Part shown: positions 1 to 12,600 of the stretch, one piece after another
Numbering within the stretch: the stretch's first letter is position 1
How the letters are laid out: the number at the start of each line of letters is the position of its first letter
Assembly (NCBI GenBank): GCA_052327205.1
Contig: CM126232.1
Span: 9,982,001 to 10,046,000, forward strand
Source: Somniosus microcephalus
Taxonomy: Eukaryota
DNA: 64,000 nucleotides
Reading direction: 5' to 3'
The notes under the pieces: model-generated
Seen by the model: the letters and a program-made list of their open reading frames with translations, nothing else
What the model was told of the DNA's origin: nothing
Database searches by the model: none
Position numbers and translations under genes: made by a program

Positions 1-204
1 CGCGGCTTTGCCAGAGAGTTATCTGTTAGTTAGTTAGTTATGGTTTCTGTTGACATGACGTTGTTATGCTGGAAGGAAGCACTTTTTGGAAAATAAAGAT
101 TTTTTTTTATTTACAAGGGAGCTCCTGACTCTTTACAATCATGGTGGTCTTCATAGGCTTTGTGCGAACCGAAGGGCGCGGATCCAATGACACCCAGCAT
201 TCCG

Positions 205-2231
205 TCAGAGGGGCCTAGAACCGAGTCCATATGAGCCTCTGACGGACGGCCCTTCCAGTTTCAGGAGCCCTCCCATCTTCCTCCTCCTCCCCCTCGTCTG
301 CATGCTCCTCCTCCTCCTCCTCCTCCTCATCCGCCTGCTCTTCCTCCTCCTCCTCCTCGTCCGCCTGCTCTGCTGGACCTTGAGGGTGGGCTGGGTACGT
401 CGAATGGCCAGGTTGTGGAGCATGCAGCAGACAACGACGATGTGCACCACTTGCTCCGGCGAGTACTGTAGGGCTCCCCCCGAATGGTCTAGACAACGGA
501 AACGCTGCTTGAGCACACCAATTGTGTGCTCCACAATGTTCCTGGTCACCTGATGGCTGCTGTTGTAATGCTCTTCTGCCAGGGTGCTGGGCAAACGGAG
601 TGGGGTCATGAGCCATGGGCAGAGAGGATAGCCCTTGTTGCCAAGAAGCCAGCCTCGTGGGTGAGCCGGGGCCTCAAAAAGGTCAGCCACTGAGGTCTGC
701 CGCAGGATGAACGCGTCGTGGATGCTGCCAGGGAATTGTGCATTGTGCATTGGCATAGTGGTTAGCACTGTTGCCTCACAGCGCCAGGGACCCGGGTTCG
801 AATCTGGCCTCGGGCGACTGTCTGTGTGGAGTTTGCACATTCTCCCCATGTTTGCGTGGGTTTCCTCCGGGTGCTCCGGTTTCCTCCCACAGTCCAAAGA
901 TGTGCAGGTTAGGTTGATTGGCTATGATAAATTGACCCTTAGTGTTAGGGGGATTAAATACAGGGGGTTACGGGGATGGGGTGGGATATGTGTTGGTGTA
1001 GGGGTTACGGGGATCGGGTGGGATATGTGTCGGTGCAGGCTCAATGGGCCGAAATGGCCTCTATCTGCACTGTGGGGTTTCTGTGATTTCTGTGATTTCT
1101 GTGATCATCTGCCGGTGGTCACAGACCAGTTGGACGTTGAGGGAGTGGAAGCCCTTGCGGTTGCGGAACTCCTCGGGATTCTGTACTGGTGCCCGCAAAG
1201 CCACGTGTGTGCAATCAATGGCCCCCTGCACCATGGGGAAGTCCGCAATAGCAGCGAAGCCCTGCGCGCGCTCCCCATGCTTCTCCAGGGTCACAGGGAA
1301 GGTGATTAATTCACGCCTCCTTCTATAGAGGGCAGCTGTCACTTGCCGGATGCAGCAATGCACCGCAAATTGTGATATATTAGCTATGTCCCCAGTGGCT
1401 GCCTGAAAGGATCCGCTGGCGAAAAAGTTGAGGGCAACAGTGACTTTGACGGCCACCGACAGAGAGGCCCTGCACCGTATACGTGGCTGCAGATCTTCAG
1501 CAAGCAGGTGGCACAGCTCAGTCACAACATCCTTACCGAATCTGAGCCTTCGCAGACACTGCTCTTCCGACATGGTAAGGTATGACACCTGCTGCCTGAA
1601 AACCCTCTCAGCGTATCGTCGGATTGGGCGACGTCCATTGCCCCTCCTCCTTCTGGCCAATCTCGGCCCTCTCTCCCGCCATTTCTGTGCCCATGCCAAA
1701 TGTTCAGCCATGAGGATGTTCCCCTCCAAAGCAGCTCCCATTGTTATGCCAGACGAGCAAGACGCAGTAATCTGTAACATTCCAACTCTTCCGGACAGGG
1801 CTGAAGGTCCCAAGTCTCCGAAGGTTCAATGAGAAGATTACTGTCCCACTGAAGGTCAGCAACTCTCTCCAGCAATGATCAGAATGGCCAGGCCAAATGG
1901 CTGCAGCTTTTATACTAGTGCTGTCCCCTTTAAATAGCGCCCCCCGAGTGCGAGAAGGACCTGGAAACGTTCCATCCAACTGTCACTAATAGCGCCAGGC
2001 GGAAAGGTTGCGGGCGCAACCGAATATCCGGTCCAGGGCGCCAAAAAGGCGTTGCACACTGAAATGACGTCATGATCTGCCTGCACTCGCGGGCGCGTGC
2101 TGGCACTAAAAGGCTACTCGATATGGCAGGTGGCGCTAGATTTACTGCGCCCGTCCGGAAATTGGGTAATGCCCCAATTCTCGGGCTCTTTAGGCGCTAA
2201 TCGCTGGCGCAACCAACCGAATTTCTAGGCC
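205..2231 (-). mobile_element. PIF/Harbinger DNA transposon, transposase half, inactivated
   Basis: ORFs 1061-1813 and 205-897 carry Harbinger DDE motifs: [63 protein letters not shown] (second catalytic D changed to N) and [16 protein letters not shown]. There is an acidic GAG-repeat tail. A TIR-like end GGCCTAGAAATT (minus strand) sits at 2220-2231. A SINE splits the element. Confidence 0.9.
751..1105 (+). mobile_element. tRNA-derived V-SINE (HE1-like) inserted in the Harbinger transposase
   Basis: A box TGGCATAGTGG, B box GGTTCGAATC, V-domain GTGTGGAGTTTGCACATTCTCCCC...CCTCCCACAGTCCAAAGATGTGCAGGTTAGG, CR1-like 3' tail ending (TTCTGTGAT)3. Confidence 0.88.
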
Positions 2232-3766
2232 ATAGAGTTATACAGCACAGAAAGAGGCCCTTCGGCCCATCGCGTCCGCGCCGGCCATCAAGCCCTATCT
2301 AATCTAATCCCATTTTCCAGCATTTGGTCCGTAGCCTTGTATGCTATGGCATTTCAAGTGCTCATCCAAATGCTTCTTGAATGTTGTGAGGGTTCCTGCC
2401 TCTACCACCCTTTCAGGCAGTGAGTTCCAGATTCCAACCACCCTCTGGGTGAAAAAGTTTTTCCTCAAATCCCCTCTAAACCTCCTGCCCCTTACCTTGA
2501 ATCTATGCCCCCTTGTTATTGACCCCTCTACTAAGGGGAAAAGTTCCTTTCTATCCACCCTATCTATGCCCCTCATAATTTTGTACACCTCAATCAGGTC
2601 CCCCCTCAGCCTTCTCTGCTCCAAGGAAAACAACCCCAGCCTGTCCAGTCTTTCTTCATAGCTGAAGCGCTCCAGCCCAGGTAACATCCTGGTAAATCTC
2701 CTCTGCACCCGCTCCAAAGCAATCACATCCTTCCTATAGTGTGGCGACCAGAACTGCACACAGCACTCCAGCTGTGGCCTTACCAGCGTTTTGTACAGCT
2801 CCATCATGACCTCCCTGCTCTTATATTCTATGCCTCGGCTAATGAAGGCAAGTATCCCATATGCCTTTTTAACCACCTTATCCACCTGTTCTGCTGCCTT
2901 CAGGGATCTATGTACATGCACACCAAGGTCCCTCTGATCCTCTGTCTTTCCTAGGGTCTTACCATTCATTGTGTATTCCCTTGCCTTGTTAGTCCGTCCA
3001 AAATGCATCACCTCACACTTTTCAGGGTTAAATTCCATTTGCCACTGTTCCGCCCATCTGACCAACCCATCTATATCGTCCTGTAGCCTGAGGCTTCCCG
3101 CCTCGCTATTTACCACCCCACCAATTTTTGTGTCATCTGCGAACTTACTGATCGTACCTTTTTCATTCACATCCAAATCATTAATGTAGACCACAAACAG
3201 CAAGGGACCCAGCACCAATCCCTGCGGTACCCCACTGGACACAGGCTTCCAGTCACAAAAATAACCTTCCACCATCACCCTCTGCCTTCTGCCAGTTTTG
3301 GATCCAATGTGCCAAGGCACCCTGGTTCCCATGGGCTCTTACCTTCCTGACCAGTCTCCTATGTGGGACTTTATCAAAACCCTTACTGAAATCCATGTAA
3401 ACCACATCCACTGCACTACCTTCATCCACACACCTAGTCACGCTCTCGAAAAATTCAATCAAATTGGTCAGACATGATCTTCCCTTGACAAAGCCATGCT
3501 GGCTATCCCTAATTAATCCCTGCCTCTCCAAGTGGAGACCAATTCTGTCCCTCAGAATTTTTTCCAATAATTTCCCTACCACTGATGTTAGGCTCACTGG
3601 CCTGTAATTCCCTGGTTTATCCCTACTACCCTTCTTGAATAATGATACTACGTTAGCTGTTCTCCAGTCCTCTGGCACATCCCCTGTGGCCAGAGAGGTT
3701 TTGAAAATTTGTGTCAGAGCCCCTGCAATCTCCTCCTTTGCCTCACATAGTAGCCTGGGATACATG
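2232..3766 (-). mobile_element. CR1 LINE, 5'-truncated (RT C-terminal half plus 3' UTR), frameshifted
   Basis: ORFs 3253-4029 and 2304-3332 contain PGNYRPVSLTSV, QHGFVKGRSCLTNL, GVPQGLVLGP, KFADDTK and CR1 C-terminus GYGPNAGKWD. A frame break lies near 3290. Confidence 0.92.
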
Positions 3767-4050
3767 TCCAGGGTGAGAGAGAACAATGGTGCCCTTGTGC
3801 CCATTAAAACCAAAGGTGAGGGTGGGATTAGAAATGTGGTGAATGGAGGGGCAATGGCTGGACAGTTGGGAGTTTGATAGTGCCGTTGTAAATGACTTGG
3901 GGCAGAGATTTTTCCAGGGGCGGACACAGAAGTAAATGGGGTTGGAAGGGGGAAAGGGGATGTGAGTGGAGAGCGATACAAGGAAGTGATCAGAGATAGC
4001 CTCCTACGGGGTGGGTCACTGACGACCAACAGGGTTGGGGGTAGAAGTTA
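3767..4050 (-). mobile_element. Degenerate L2-like LINE fragment (EN-RT linker)
   Basis: The minus strand gives VRPWKNLCPKSFTTALSNSQLSSH-like remnants, recognised as a fish/shark L2 ORF2 linker. Confidence 0.55.
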
Positions 4051-4101
4051 GACGGGGGAAGGCCGTTGGTGGTGCCCCAGCGTGCGACTGCAAATCCTTA
4101 C

Positions 4102-4253
4102 CTGCTCCTCTTTAGTGTCAATGACTATGAGGTGGGACCGGGTGGAGAAGCAATGCATGTTAGCTGCATGCCAGTCCCTCACAGATGATGAAAAGTAGTA
4201 ACATTTGCCTCTGAAGTACTTCCAGCCAGTGGCACAAGGTGTACATTGGGAAT
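4102..4253 (-). CDS. C-type lectin gene, first CTLD exon (152 nt): DSQCTPCATGWKYFRGKCYYFSSSVRDWHAANMHCFSTRSHLIVIDTKEEQ
   Basis: Acceptor tttacag, donor GTAAGG, phase 1 to phase 0. Classic CTLD N-terminal motifs CxxGW..F...CYYFS, W..A...C and HL.VI...EEQ. Confidence 0.93.
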
Positions 4254-4429
4254 CTGTAAAACAGTACAAATAGTTACTCTGTGGAACATTATTTCCACGG
4301 CTTGTTCATTTCATTTCCCTTTATTACACGGGAGAAAGCAGTGCGCTGTGCAAGCTCGGTGGTGTAGCTGGTGTCCTAAACTCACTCAGGTTTCTCAATA
4401 CAAAACTATCCCCTCTAACCAGCCACTGA

Positions 4430-7292
4430 GGGGGTGAATTGGGTATCGCCTCATTTGGGGCGCTAGCTTATGAAATTTTGAAAATTTAGCGCCAGGCACT
4501 AAGGATTCTGAACTTCTACTAGATTGGGTGTTAGCACCCCAGGAAGGAAGTGAGGCGCTAAATCAAGCGCTAATGACCTCAGTGGGGCGCGACAGGGGCG
4601 CTACCAGCAGAACGCTGCTGAATTTCAGGTGCAATGAATTCAGCAATGATCCTTCACACTGGTTCCTTCCAGCTCTTCAAGGGGAGGTTGCATCACTGTG
4701 TAGATGCTTGTTGCTGGCTTCGAGGTGACCTACGAGCGAGTGAATCCATCGATGGATACGGCTGTTCCCACTCCCAGGGAGAAAGCTTGTCGGTTCACAG
4801 ATGTGGCATTGGAGGCTGGAGTGGAGCGAAGGAGGTTGATGCTGTTCCTGGCCACTGGAAGGAGGCCATCGCTTCAGGTGTTCAGGGCAATGTGGAGGGA
4901 AGTGGCCCAGGAGGTCTCGGCCAGTAGTGTGGTGGAACGCAGCCTGACAGTGCCACAAGAAATCAACAGCCTCACTCGGGTGGTCAGGGTGAGTACATGC
5001 TTCAACACCTCCTACATACCAGCATCTGAACCTCAGTCTGTGCACACTGCACAAACAACCACACCCCCACCACTCATCCACCAAACATCTTCACCGACTC
5101 AAACTCACATCCACATCTCACGCCTTGCCCACAATCACAGCTATTCAATGACAGCAGGCATATCGCCCAAACACATAGCTGGACTCTGACTCAAACACAT
5201 TTGTTCCTCTTGCAGGCCAAGGTGGCCCACAATAGGAGGGAGCAGCAGAGAACAGGCAGGGGTGATGCGCAGCTCCAGCAGCTCTCAGACCTGGAGGAGC
5301 GAGTGCTGCGACTCATTGGGCAGCAGGTGGTAGGCGGTGTGGCCGTCGGCGATGTCGATCCTGATGGGGCCAAAAACGGTATCTTCAGCCCCTCTCATCT
5401 CATCCCACTTCCCCCTCACACCACAAACCTTTCTCACTTTCCACCTCCTGAGAATGTCTGCGTTCCTTGCTCCCTTCCTGCCCCCACTGCCTTCACCTTA
5501 ATGCGAGTGTTGTGCCTTTATGCTTTCAGTGAATCAGCAACCAGATGATCAGCCTGTCCCTGAGACCCCACTGAGAGTGAGGAAGGAGAAGAGGAGGAGG
5601 AGCAAAGCAGCGCGTCACTGCATCTCTCACCCGCAGGCACCACCTCAGATACTGGCACTACGCGATCTTTAGAGGCAAGTTTAGTAGAGGGGTCTGCACT
5701 GGGTGATGCACCAGGGACGAGTGGGCTGCAGCAAGGCCAGGGGGAAAGGGTAGCTCCGGAGTCAGCTCCCCAGAGGGTGAGTTCGCACACAAGTTCTACT
5801 GCACAGGACTCAGATGAGGAGCTTGATGGGGAGGCGTTCACAAGAAGGGTGATGGGCATACAGACGGAGATGAGAGGTGCAATGGCAAGGGTGCCCAAGA
5901 GCCTCTCAGCAATGGTAAGGAGCATGGAGGAGTCCACCTCCAACATTGCAGGGCTCTGCGCACACCATGGAGACCATCATTTCCACTGTGCAGAGGATAG
6001 TGGACTTCCAGAGAGACCGTGGGGACCCAGACCTCATGCCGCGTGTCATGGGTGATGTGGCAGCTTCCATTGCAGCACAGGCAGAAGCGATGCAACGTCT
6101 TAGTGCTGTAATGCAGTCACTGGTTGCTGCCATCGAGTCTCAGACTGCTCTCATACAGTCTCGGCTTGATGCCACGCAAGCTCTGACTGCTGCCATCGTC
6201 ACTGGGTTCACCACAGTCCACCAGGGATCTCACGGTGTCGCAGCAGGCCAGCAATCTGTGCTCCAGCAGATTGGTAGGGATGCTGTGGTGCTGCCCCGGG
6301 GGACTGGAAGTGGGTTAGTAGAGCAGGAACCTATTGTATCACTCAGGATGACAGCATTCCTGATCCCATCACTGCCACTCCGCCATTGCCCTTGTCGCTG
6401 CCTGTTATCCAGCCAGCCCAGACTGCTGCCGCCCAGCCTGAGATGGTGCAGTCTACAGCCAGGCTTTCCAGGCCCAGAGCTGGTTGAGGGCGTCCTGCAA
6501 GACCATCTGTAGTCTCTGGCACTGACACTCAGCAGCCTTCCACCAGCCCTGCTGCAACCACTGGGGAGACACAACGTAGGAGGACTAGATTAGGAAAGGG
6601 GGCTGTAAAGAGGGGGGGCAAGGGTTTGCACAAGGGTGATTAGTCAATATTGTTGTTGTATATATTTGGGTAATGGTTTTTGATAAATTTATTACTGGAA
6701 TGTTGCAGATTTGGTGCTGTGTCTCATTTCAGTTCTGGGGTGTGGGACAGAATCACAAAGTGAGGGAATGATGGAGACGTGCTCAGCAACCGGAAAGAGG
6801 CCTCGAAGCCACTGGAAACAAAGTCTGATGAGGCGGTCAGGGACCGAGCTTGTAAAATGCTGAATGAGTGGCTGCCTCCNNNNNNNNNNNNNNNNNNNNN
6901 NNNNNNNNNNNNNNNNNNNNNNNNNNNNNNNNNNNNNNNNNNNNNNNNNNNNNNNNNNNNNNNNNNNNNNNNNNNNNNNNNNNNNNNNNNNNNNNNNNNN
7001 NNNNNNNNNNNNNNNNNNNNNNNNNNNNNNNNNNNNNNNNNNNNNNNNNNNNNNNNNNNNNNNNNNNNNNNNNNNNNNNNNNNNNNNNNNNNNNNGCTCG
7101 TCCTCCTGTTCGTCCTCCTTGTCCTGCTCCTCCTCCTGAGGTGGTGGAGCTATGCTTGGTAGCTATGGCTGCGCTCTCATGATGGTCAAGTTGCGCAGCA
7201 TGCAGCAGACGATGATGAAGTGACAACTGATCAGCCGAGTACTGGAGGGCTCCTCCTGAGTGGTCAAGGCAGCGGAAGCGTTGCTTGAGCTC
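4430..7292 (+). mobile_element. Harbinger element: Myb/SANT-like gene (+; exons ~4752-4988, 5216-5378, ~5530-6640) with a convergent transposase remnant (-, ~6800-7292)
   Basis: REKACRFTDVALE...WREVAQEVSA, donor AGG/GTGAGT, then AKVAHNRREQQRTGRG. The minus strand has [18 protein letters not shown]. The last exon is frameshifted. Confidence 0.8.
6880..7095. other. Assembly gap (216 N)
   Basis: Run of N within the acidic CCT-repeat tail of the transposase remnant. Confidence 0.99.
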
Positions 7293-7293
7293 C

Positions 7294-7515
7294 AATGTGT
7301 CCTGGTCAATATTTATCCCACAACCAACATCACTTAAAAATAGATTATCTGCTCATTATCACATTGCTGTTTGTGGAAGCTTGCTGTGTGCAATTTGTTG
7401 CTGCGTTTTCTACATTACAACAGTGGCTACTCTTCAAAAGTACTTCATTGACTGTGAAGCACTTTGGGACATCCTGAAAGGCACTATAGAAATGCGAAGC
7501 TTTTTTAATTTCTCT
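7294..7515 (+). mobile_element. Deu-domain SINE 3' part (SacSINE1-like)
   Basis: CCTGGTCAATATTTATCCC...ATCACATTGCTGTTTGTGG...AAGTACTTCATTG...GAAGCACTTTGGGACATCCTG. Same family as 60720-61165. Confidence 0.7.
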
Positions 7516-8238
7516 CTCTATAACCTTTAAATTCTTGTAGCAGATCTGGTCAGTCAGTTTCTGAGACCAATCCTGCGAGGTTTTACTGAGCAGTTTAACT
7601 GCTGGGCGGGACTCCCGTCTCGCACATTTAAAGCAGTAATGATGTCCGTGGACCCCAATTTTCAGATATGATCACCTGCCCCTGTTTCCGGTGGGTGTCT
7701 TCCTCACACATTCCAGTTCAGCGCTATAAATGGTGGTCATCGCGCCCAGAGTGGGAGCGACGCGGTTAGTCGGTTTTCGCGATGTTAACCACTCACTTGC
7801 CCGGTTCCCGCTGGGCAGGCAGGGTTAAAATCAGGGCCACTGACTCCAACCAACAGCAGCAAGAGCAGATTAACTTCTCCCTCATTTGTAGTTAGTTGGA
7901 GCTTGCTGTGCACAAACCAGCTGCTATGTTCAACCGCGGAACATAATAAGCCCCATTACAAAGTGATTCATTGGCTGAGAGACACTTTGGGATGTCCCGA
8001 GTGCCTGATAATGCACTCTAACTCCAGCCTCATTGTTTCATTCTCTTCAAACCCAAACTTGGGGGTCATCACTCGATTGGCCTCGTCTTCTCAGCAGCTC
8101 TTGACAAAGGTGATGGTGTTGGGTGCTCAGGGCCTTGGCCCTTCACACAGGTTTCTCAATAATGAAATGGCAGCTTTCCAGCAATGACCCGGATTATTTC
8201 ATTGATCCGACTCTCTGGAGTCTCACGCTGGCTCTTAC

Positions 8239-8319
8239 CTGATGGGTTCAGGCACAACTTCTTGCGGAGATTGTCACCGTCTTCCTGCAGCAACGACACA
8301 TTCCTCGATATTTCAGCAT
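8239..8319 (-). CDS. C-type lectin neck exon D (81 nt): NAEISRNVSLLQEDGDNLRKKLCLNPS
   Basis: Acceptor ttgatcag, donor CAG/GTAAGA, phase 1-1. Splices in frame onto the CTLD exon; heptad character. Confidence 0.85.
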
Positions 8320-8699
8320 CTGATCAAGAGCAATGGGAGTCAATGAGCCATTCTGGTAATGTAGTGACCGAGGGATCAGACGGACACAGTGGGGAATGTG
8401 TGGGGGGGGATTTGGGAGGGGTGAGTGGGTCAAGGGAGATCAGAAAAGTATATTAAAAGAATATGGAAACATTTGAATTGTGATAAATCTCAGACTGACC
8501 ATTTCTCTGGAGGCGAGAGATGTCTTGTTTGAATGTATTCTCAATCGCTGCCAGGTTTGTTGAACACTCAGTGCCTAAAAATAGGAAATGTGATGAATTA
8601 TACGGACAAGTTAAAGATTCTACAGAATCAGGGCACTGTCTCCATGGGAACAGAATAAATAATAACTCACTGAGTGTACAATGTTGTTATAACTTCTGC

Positions 8700-9530
8700 T
8701 GAAGCCTGAATTAACCTGGTGGCATCGAATTTAGAGCCACGGTCACATTGACAGCCACAGGCAAGGCGGGCCTTGCCCTGCTTTGACCCTGCAGTTGTGG
8801 CGACAGCAGTTGGCCATTTTCAGTTACTATCTCCGTGGTGAAGCAAAGACGACTCATACACGGGTGCTCACTGAAGCTGAGGTAAGAGAATTCTTCCCTG
8901 AAGACCCTGGGTGGATATGGCCACCTGCTGAGAGCCCTGCTCCCCCTCCTCCTCCTCCCTCTTCGAGCAGCTCATCCTGCTCTGTGTAGCCTCTCTTCAT
9001 TCTCCCTGTCATGTCCTATATCGAGAGGAAGCACGACCAGGCCACCCATGCTTGGAGACAGCTACTTTGTGCAATATATTATAAGAAGCACAGAGAGGAC
9101 TGCAAGAGTAGCCAGACCACTCCCTGTAGATTAATGAAAGTTTCAACAACTCTAGAAATCTTCCAAAAAGAAGTCAACCAGCAGTCAGAAGAAATAATCC
9201 AGCAACTAAACTGTAAGTACTGCATGATCCCTTTAAATAGCACTGGTGGGGAATTCTTCATGCCATTTAACATCATGCTCAGCTGAGCGAGGTTAAGGGC
9301 GTTGGCTGGAGTGTGGAGTTGTAAAACGGCTTCAAAACAGCGTTGCACACTGATTCCTGTCATGACCTGCCTGCTTTGCATGCTGCCGGAAGTTGTTAGG
9401 CGCGTGCAAACCCCTTTACCAAGATGGTGGCCTGTGCACTTCCTATTGGATATGTGTGCACCTCTTGGACCACATTTTGGAAGCTTAGCTGCCCATGCAC
9501 CACCTAAAAAAAAAGCACAACACAGCCCAC
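8700..9530 (-). mobile_element. Degenerate Harbinger transposase 5' fragment
   Basis: The minus strand has PVAVNVTVALN-like CTGTGGCTGTCAATGTGACCGTGGCTCTAAA and the same CCTTTAAATAG upstream motif as the element at 205-2231. Confidence 0.6.
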
Positions 9531-9561
9531 TTTAACCTAAATTGCATTTAAAATCACTTAC

Positions 9562-9636
9562 TCGATATCTCCAACTCAGAGAGATTCTTCTGTAACTCGC
9601 GGTCCCGTCGTTCTAATTCAGCAACAGCTTCTGAAA
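9562..9636 (-). CDS. C-type lectin neck exon C (75 nt): ISEAVAELERRDRELQKNLSELEIS
   Basis: Acceptor tctgttgcag, donor GTAAGT, phase 1-1, open frame, coiled-coil sequence. Confidence 0.88.
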
Positions 9637-9665
9637 CTGCAACAGACACAGATTAGAAACATTGC

Positions 9666-12600
9666 TGGGGAATGGGGATGGTGATTCGTGCTGGGGAAGA
9701 GATGGAGTTAGTGATGGGGAATGGATAGAGTTAGTGATGGGGAAGGGATGGAGTTAGTGATGGGGAAGGAATGGAGTTATTGATGGGGAAAGGATGGAGT
9801 TAGTGATGGGGAAGAGATGGAGCTAGTGATGGGGAAGGGATGGAGTTAGTGATGGGGAAGGGATGGAGTTAGTGATGGGGAAAGGATGGAGTTAGTGATG
9901 GGGAAAGGATGGAGTTAGTGATGGGGAAGGGATGGAGCTAGTGATGGGGAAGGGATGGAGCGAGTGATGGGGAAGGGATGGAGTTAGTGATGGGGAATGG
10001 ATAGAGTTAGTGATGGGGAATGGATGGAGCTAGTGATGGGGAAGGGATAGAGTTATTGATGGGGAAAGGATGGAGTTAGTGATGGGGAAGAGATGGAGCT
10101 AGTGATGGGGAAGGGATGGAGTTAGTGATGGGGAAGGGATGGAGTTAGTGATGGGGAAAGGATGGAGTTAGTGATGGGGAAAGGATGGAGTTAGTGATGG
10201 GGAAGGGATGGAGCTAGTGATGGGGAAGGGATGGAGCGAGTGATGGGGAAGGGATGGAGTTAGTGATGGGGAAGGGATGGAGCTAGTGATGGGGAAGGGA
10301 TGGAGTTAGTGATGGGGAAGTTTTGGTGATTCGTGCTGGGGAAGGGATGGAGTTAGTGATGGGGAAGGGATGGAGCTAGTGATGGGGAAGGGATGGAGTT
10401 AGTGATGGGGAAGGGATGGAGTTAGTGATGGGGAAGGGATGGAGTTAGTGATGGGGAAGGGATGGAGTTAGTGATGGGGAAGGGATGGAGTTAGTGATGG
10501 GGAAGGGATGGAGTTAGTGATGGGGAAAGGATGGAATTATTGATGGGAAGGGATGGAGTTAGTGATGGGGAAGGGATGGAGCTAGTGTTGTGGAAGGGAT
10601 GGAGTTAGTGATGGGGAAGGGATGGAGTTAGTGATGCGGAAGGGATGGAGTTAGTGATGGGGAAAGGATGGAGTTAGTGGTGGGGAAGGGATGGAGTTAG
10701 TGACGGGGAAGGGATGGAGTTAGTGATGGGGAAATATTGGAATTAGTGATGGGGAAGGGATGCAGTTAGCGATGGAGAAGGGATGGAGTTAGTGATGGGG
10801 AAGGGATGGAGTTAGTGATGGGGAAGGAATGGAGTTAGTGATGGGGAAGGGATGGAGTTCATGATGCAGAAGGGATGGAGTTAGTGATGCGGAAGGGATG
10901 GAGTTAGTGATTGGGAAGGGATGGAGTTAGTGATGGGGAAGGGATGAAGTTCATGATGGGGAAAGGATGGTGTTAGTGATGGGGAAGAGATGGAGTTAGT
11001 GATGGTGAAGGGATGGTTTTAGTGATGGGGAAGGGATGGAGTTAGTGCTGGGGAAGGGCTGGAGTTCGTGATGGGGAAGGAATGGATTTAGTGATGGGGA
11101 AGGGATGGAATTAGTGATGGGGAAGGGATGGAGTTAGTGCTGGGGAAGGGATGGATTTAGTGATGGGGAAGGGATGGAGTTAGTGCTGGGGAAGGGATGG
11201 ATTTAGTGATGGGGAAGGGATGGAATTAGTGATGGGAAGGAATGGAGTTAGTGATGGGGAAGGAATGGCGTTAGTGATGGGGAAGCGATGGATTTTGTGA
11301 TGGGGAAGGGATGGAGTTAGTGATGGGGAAGGGATGGAGTTAGGGATGGGGAAGGGATGGAGTTAGTGAAGGGGATGGGATGGATTTAGTGATGGGGAAG
11401 GAATGGAGTTCGTGAATGGGGAAGGGATGGAGGTAGTGATGGGAAGGGATGGAGTTAGTGATGGGGAAGGGATAGAGTTCATGATGGAGAAGGGATGGAG
11501 TTAGTGATGCGGAAGGGATGGAGTTAGTGATGGGGAAGGGATGGAGTTAGTGATGGGGAAGGGATGGAGTTAGTCATGGGGAGGGCATGGAGTTAGTGAT
11601 GGTGAAGGGATGGAGTTAGTGATGGGGAAGGGATGGAGTTAGTGATGGTGTAAGGCCAGATTTAATGATGGGGAAGGGTTGGTTTTAGTGATGGGGAAGG
11701 GTTGGAGTTAGTGATTGGGAAGGGATTTAGTGAGTGATGGGAAGGAATGGCGTTACTGATGGGGAAGGGATGGAGTTAGTGATGGGGAAGGGATGGAGTT
11801 ATTGATGGGAAGGGATGGAGTTAATGATGGGAAGGGATGGAGTTAGTGATGGGGAAGAGATGGAGTTAGTGATGGGGAAGGGATGGAGTTAGTGATGGGA
11901 AGGGATGAAGTTAGTGATGGGGAAGGGATGGAGTTAGTGATGGGGAATGCACGCAGTTAGTGATGGGGAAGGGATGGAGTTAGTGATGGGGAAGAGATGG
12001 AGTTAGTGATGGGGAAGGGATGGAGTTAGTGATGGGAAGGGATGGAGTTAGTGATGGGGAAGGGATGGAGTTAGTGATGGGGAATGCACGCAGTTAGTGA
12101 TGGGGAAGGGATGGAGTTAATGATGGTGAAGGGATGGAGTTAATGATGGGGATGGGATGGATTTAGTGATGGGGAAGGGATGGCGTTAGTGATGTGGAAG
12201 GGGTGGAGTTAGTGATCGGGAAGGGATGGAGTTTATGATGGGGAAGGGATGGAGTCAGTGATGGGGAAGGGATGTAGATAGTGATGGGGAATGCACGCAG
12301 TTAGTGATGGGGAAGGGATGGAGTTAGTGATGGGGAAGGGATGGAGTTAGTGATGGGGAAGAGATGGAGTTAGTGATGGGGAAGGGATGGAGTTAGTGAT
12401 GGGGAAGGGATGGAGTTAGTGATGGGGAAGAGATGGAGTTAGTGATGGGGAAGGGATGGAGTTAGTGATGGGAAGGGATGGAGTTAGTGATGGGGAAGGG
12501 ATGGAGTTAGTGATGGGGAAGGGATGGAGTTAGTGATGGGGAATGCACGCAGTTAGTGATGGGGAAGGGATGGAGTTAATGATGGGGAAGGGATGGAGTT

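Noticed and set aside
751-815. tRNA gene
   Set aside because: The A/B boxes belong to the head of a V-SINE and continue into the SINE core; the same applies to the SINE heads at ~61090-61165 and ~61630-61700.
205-6640. Domesticated HARBI1 / NAIF1 / MSANTD host genes
   Set aside because: Catalytic D>N change, SINE interruption, frameshifts, TIR-like ends and intronic location indicate decayed transposons.
6779-7295. ORFs spanning the N run
   Set aside because: Artefacts of translating an assembly gap.
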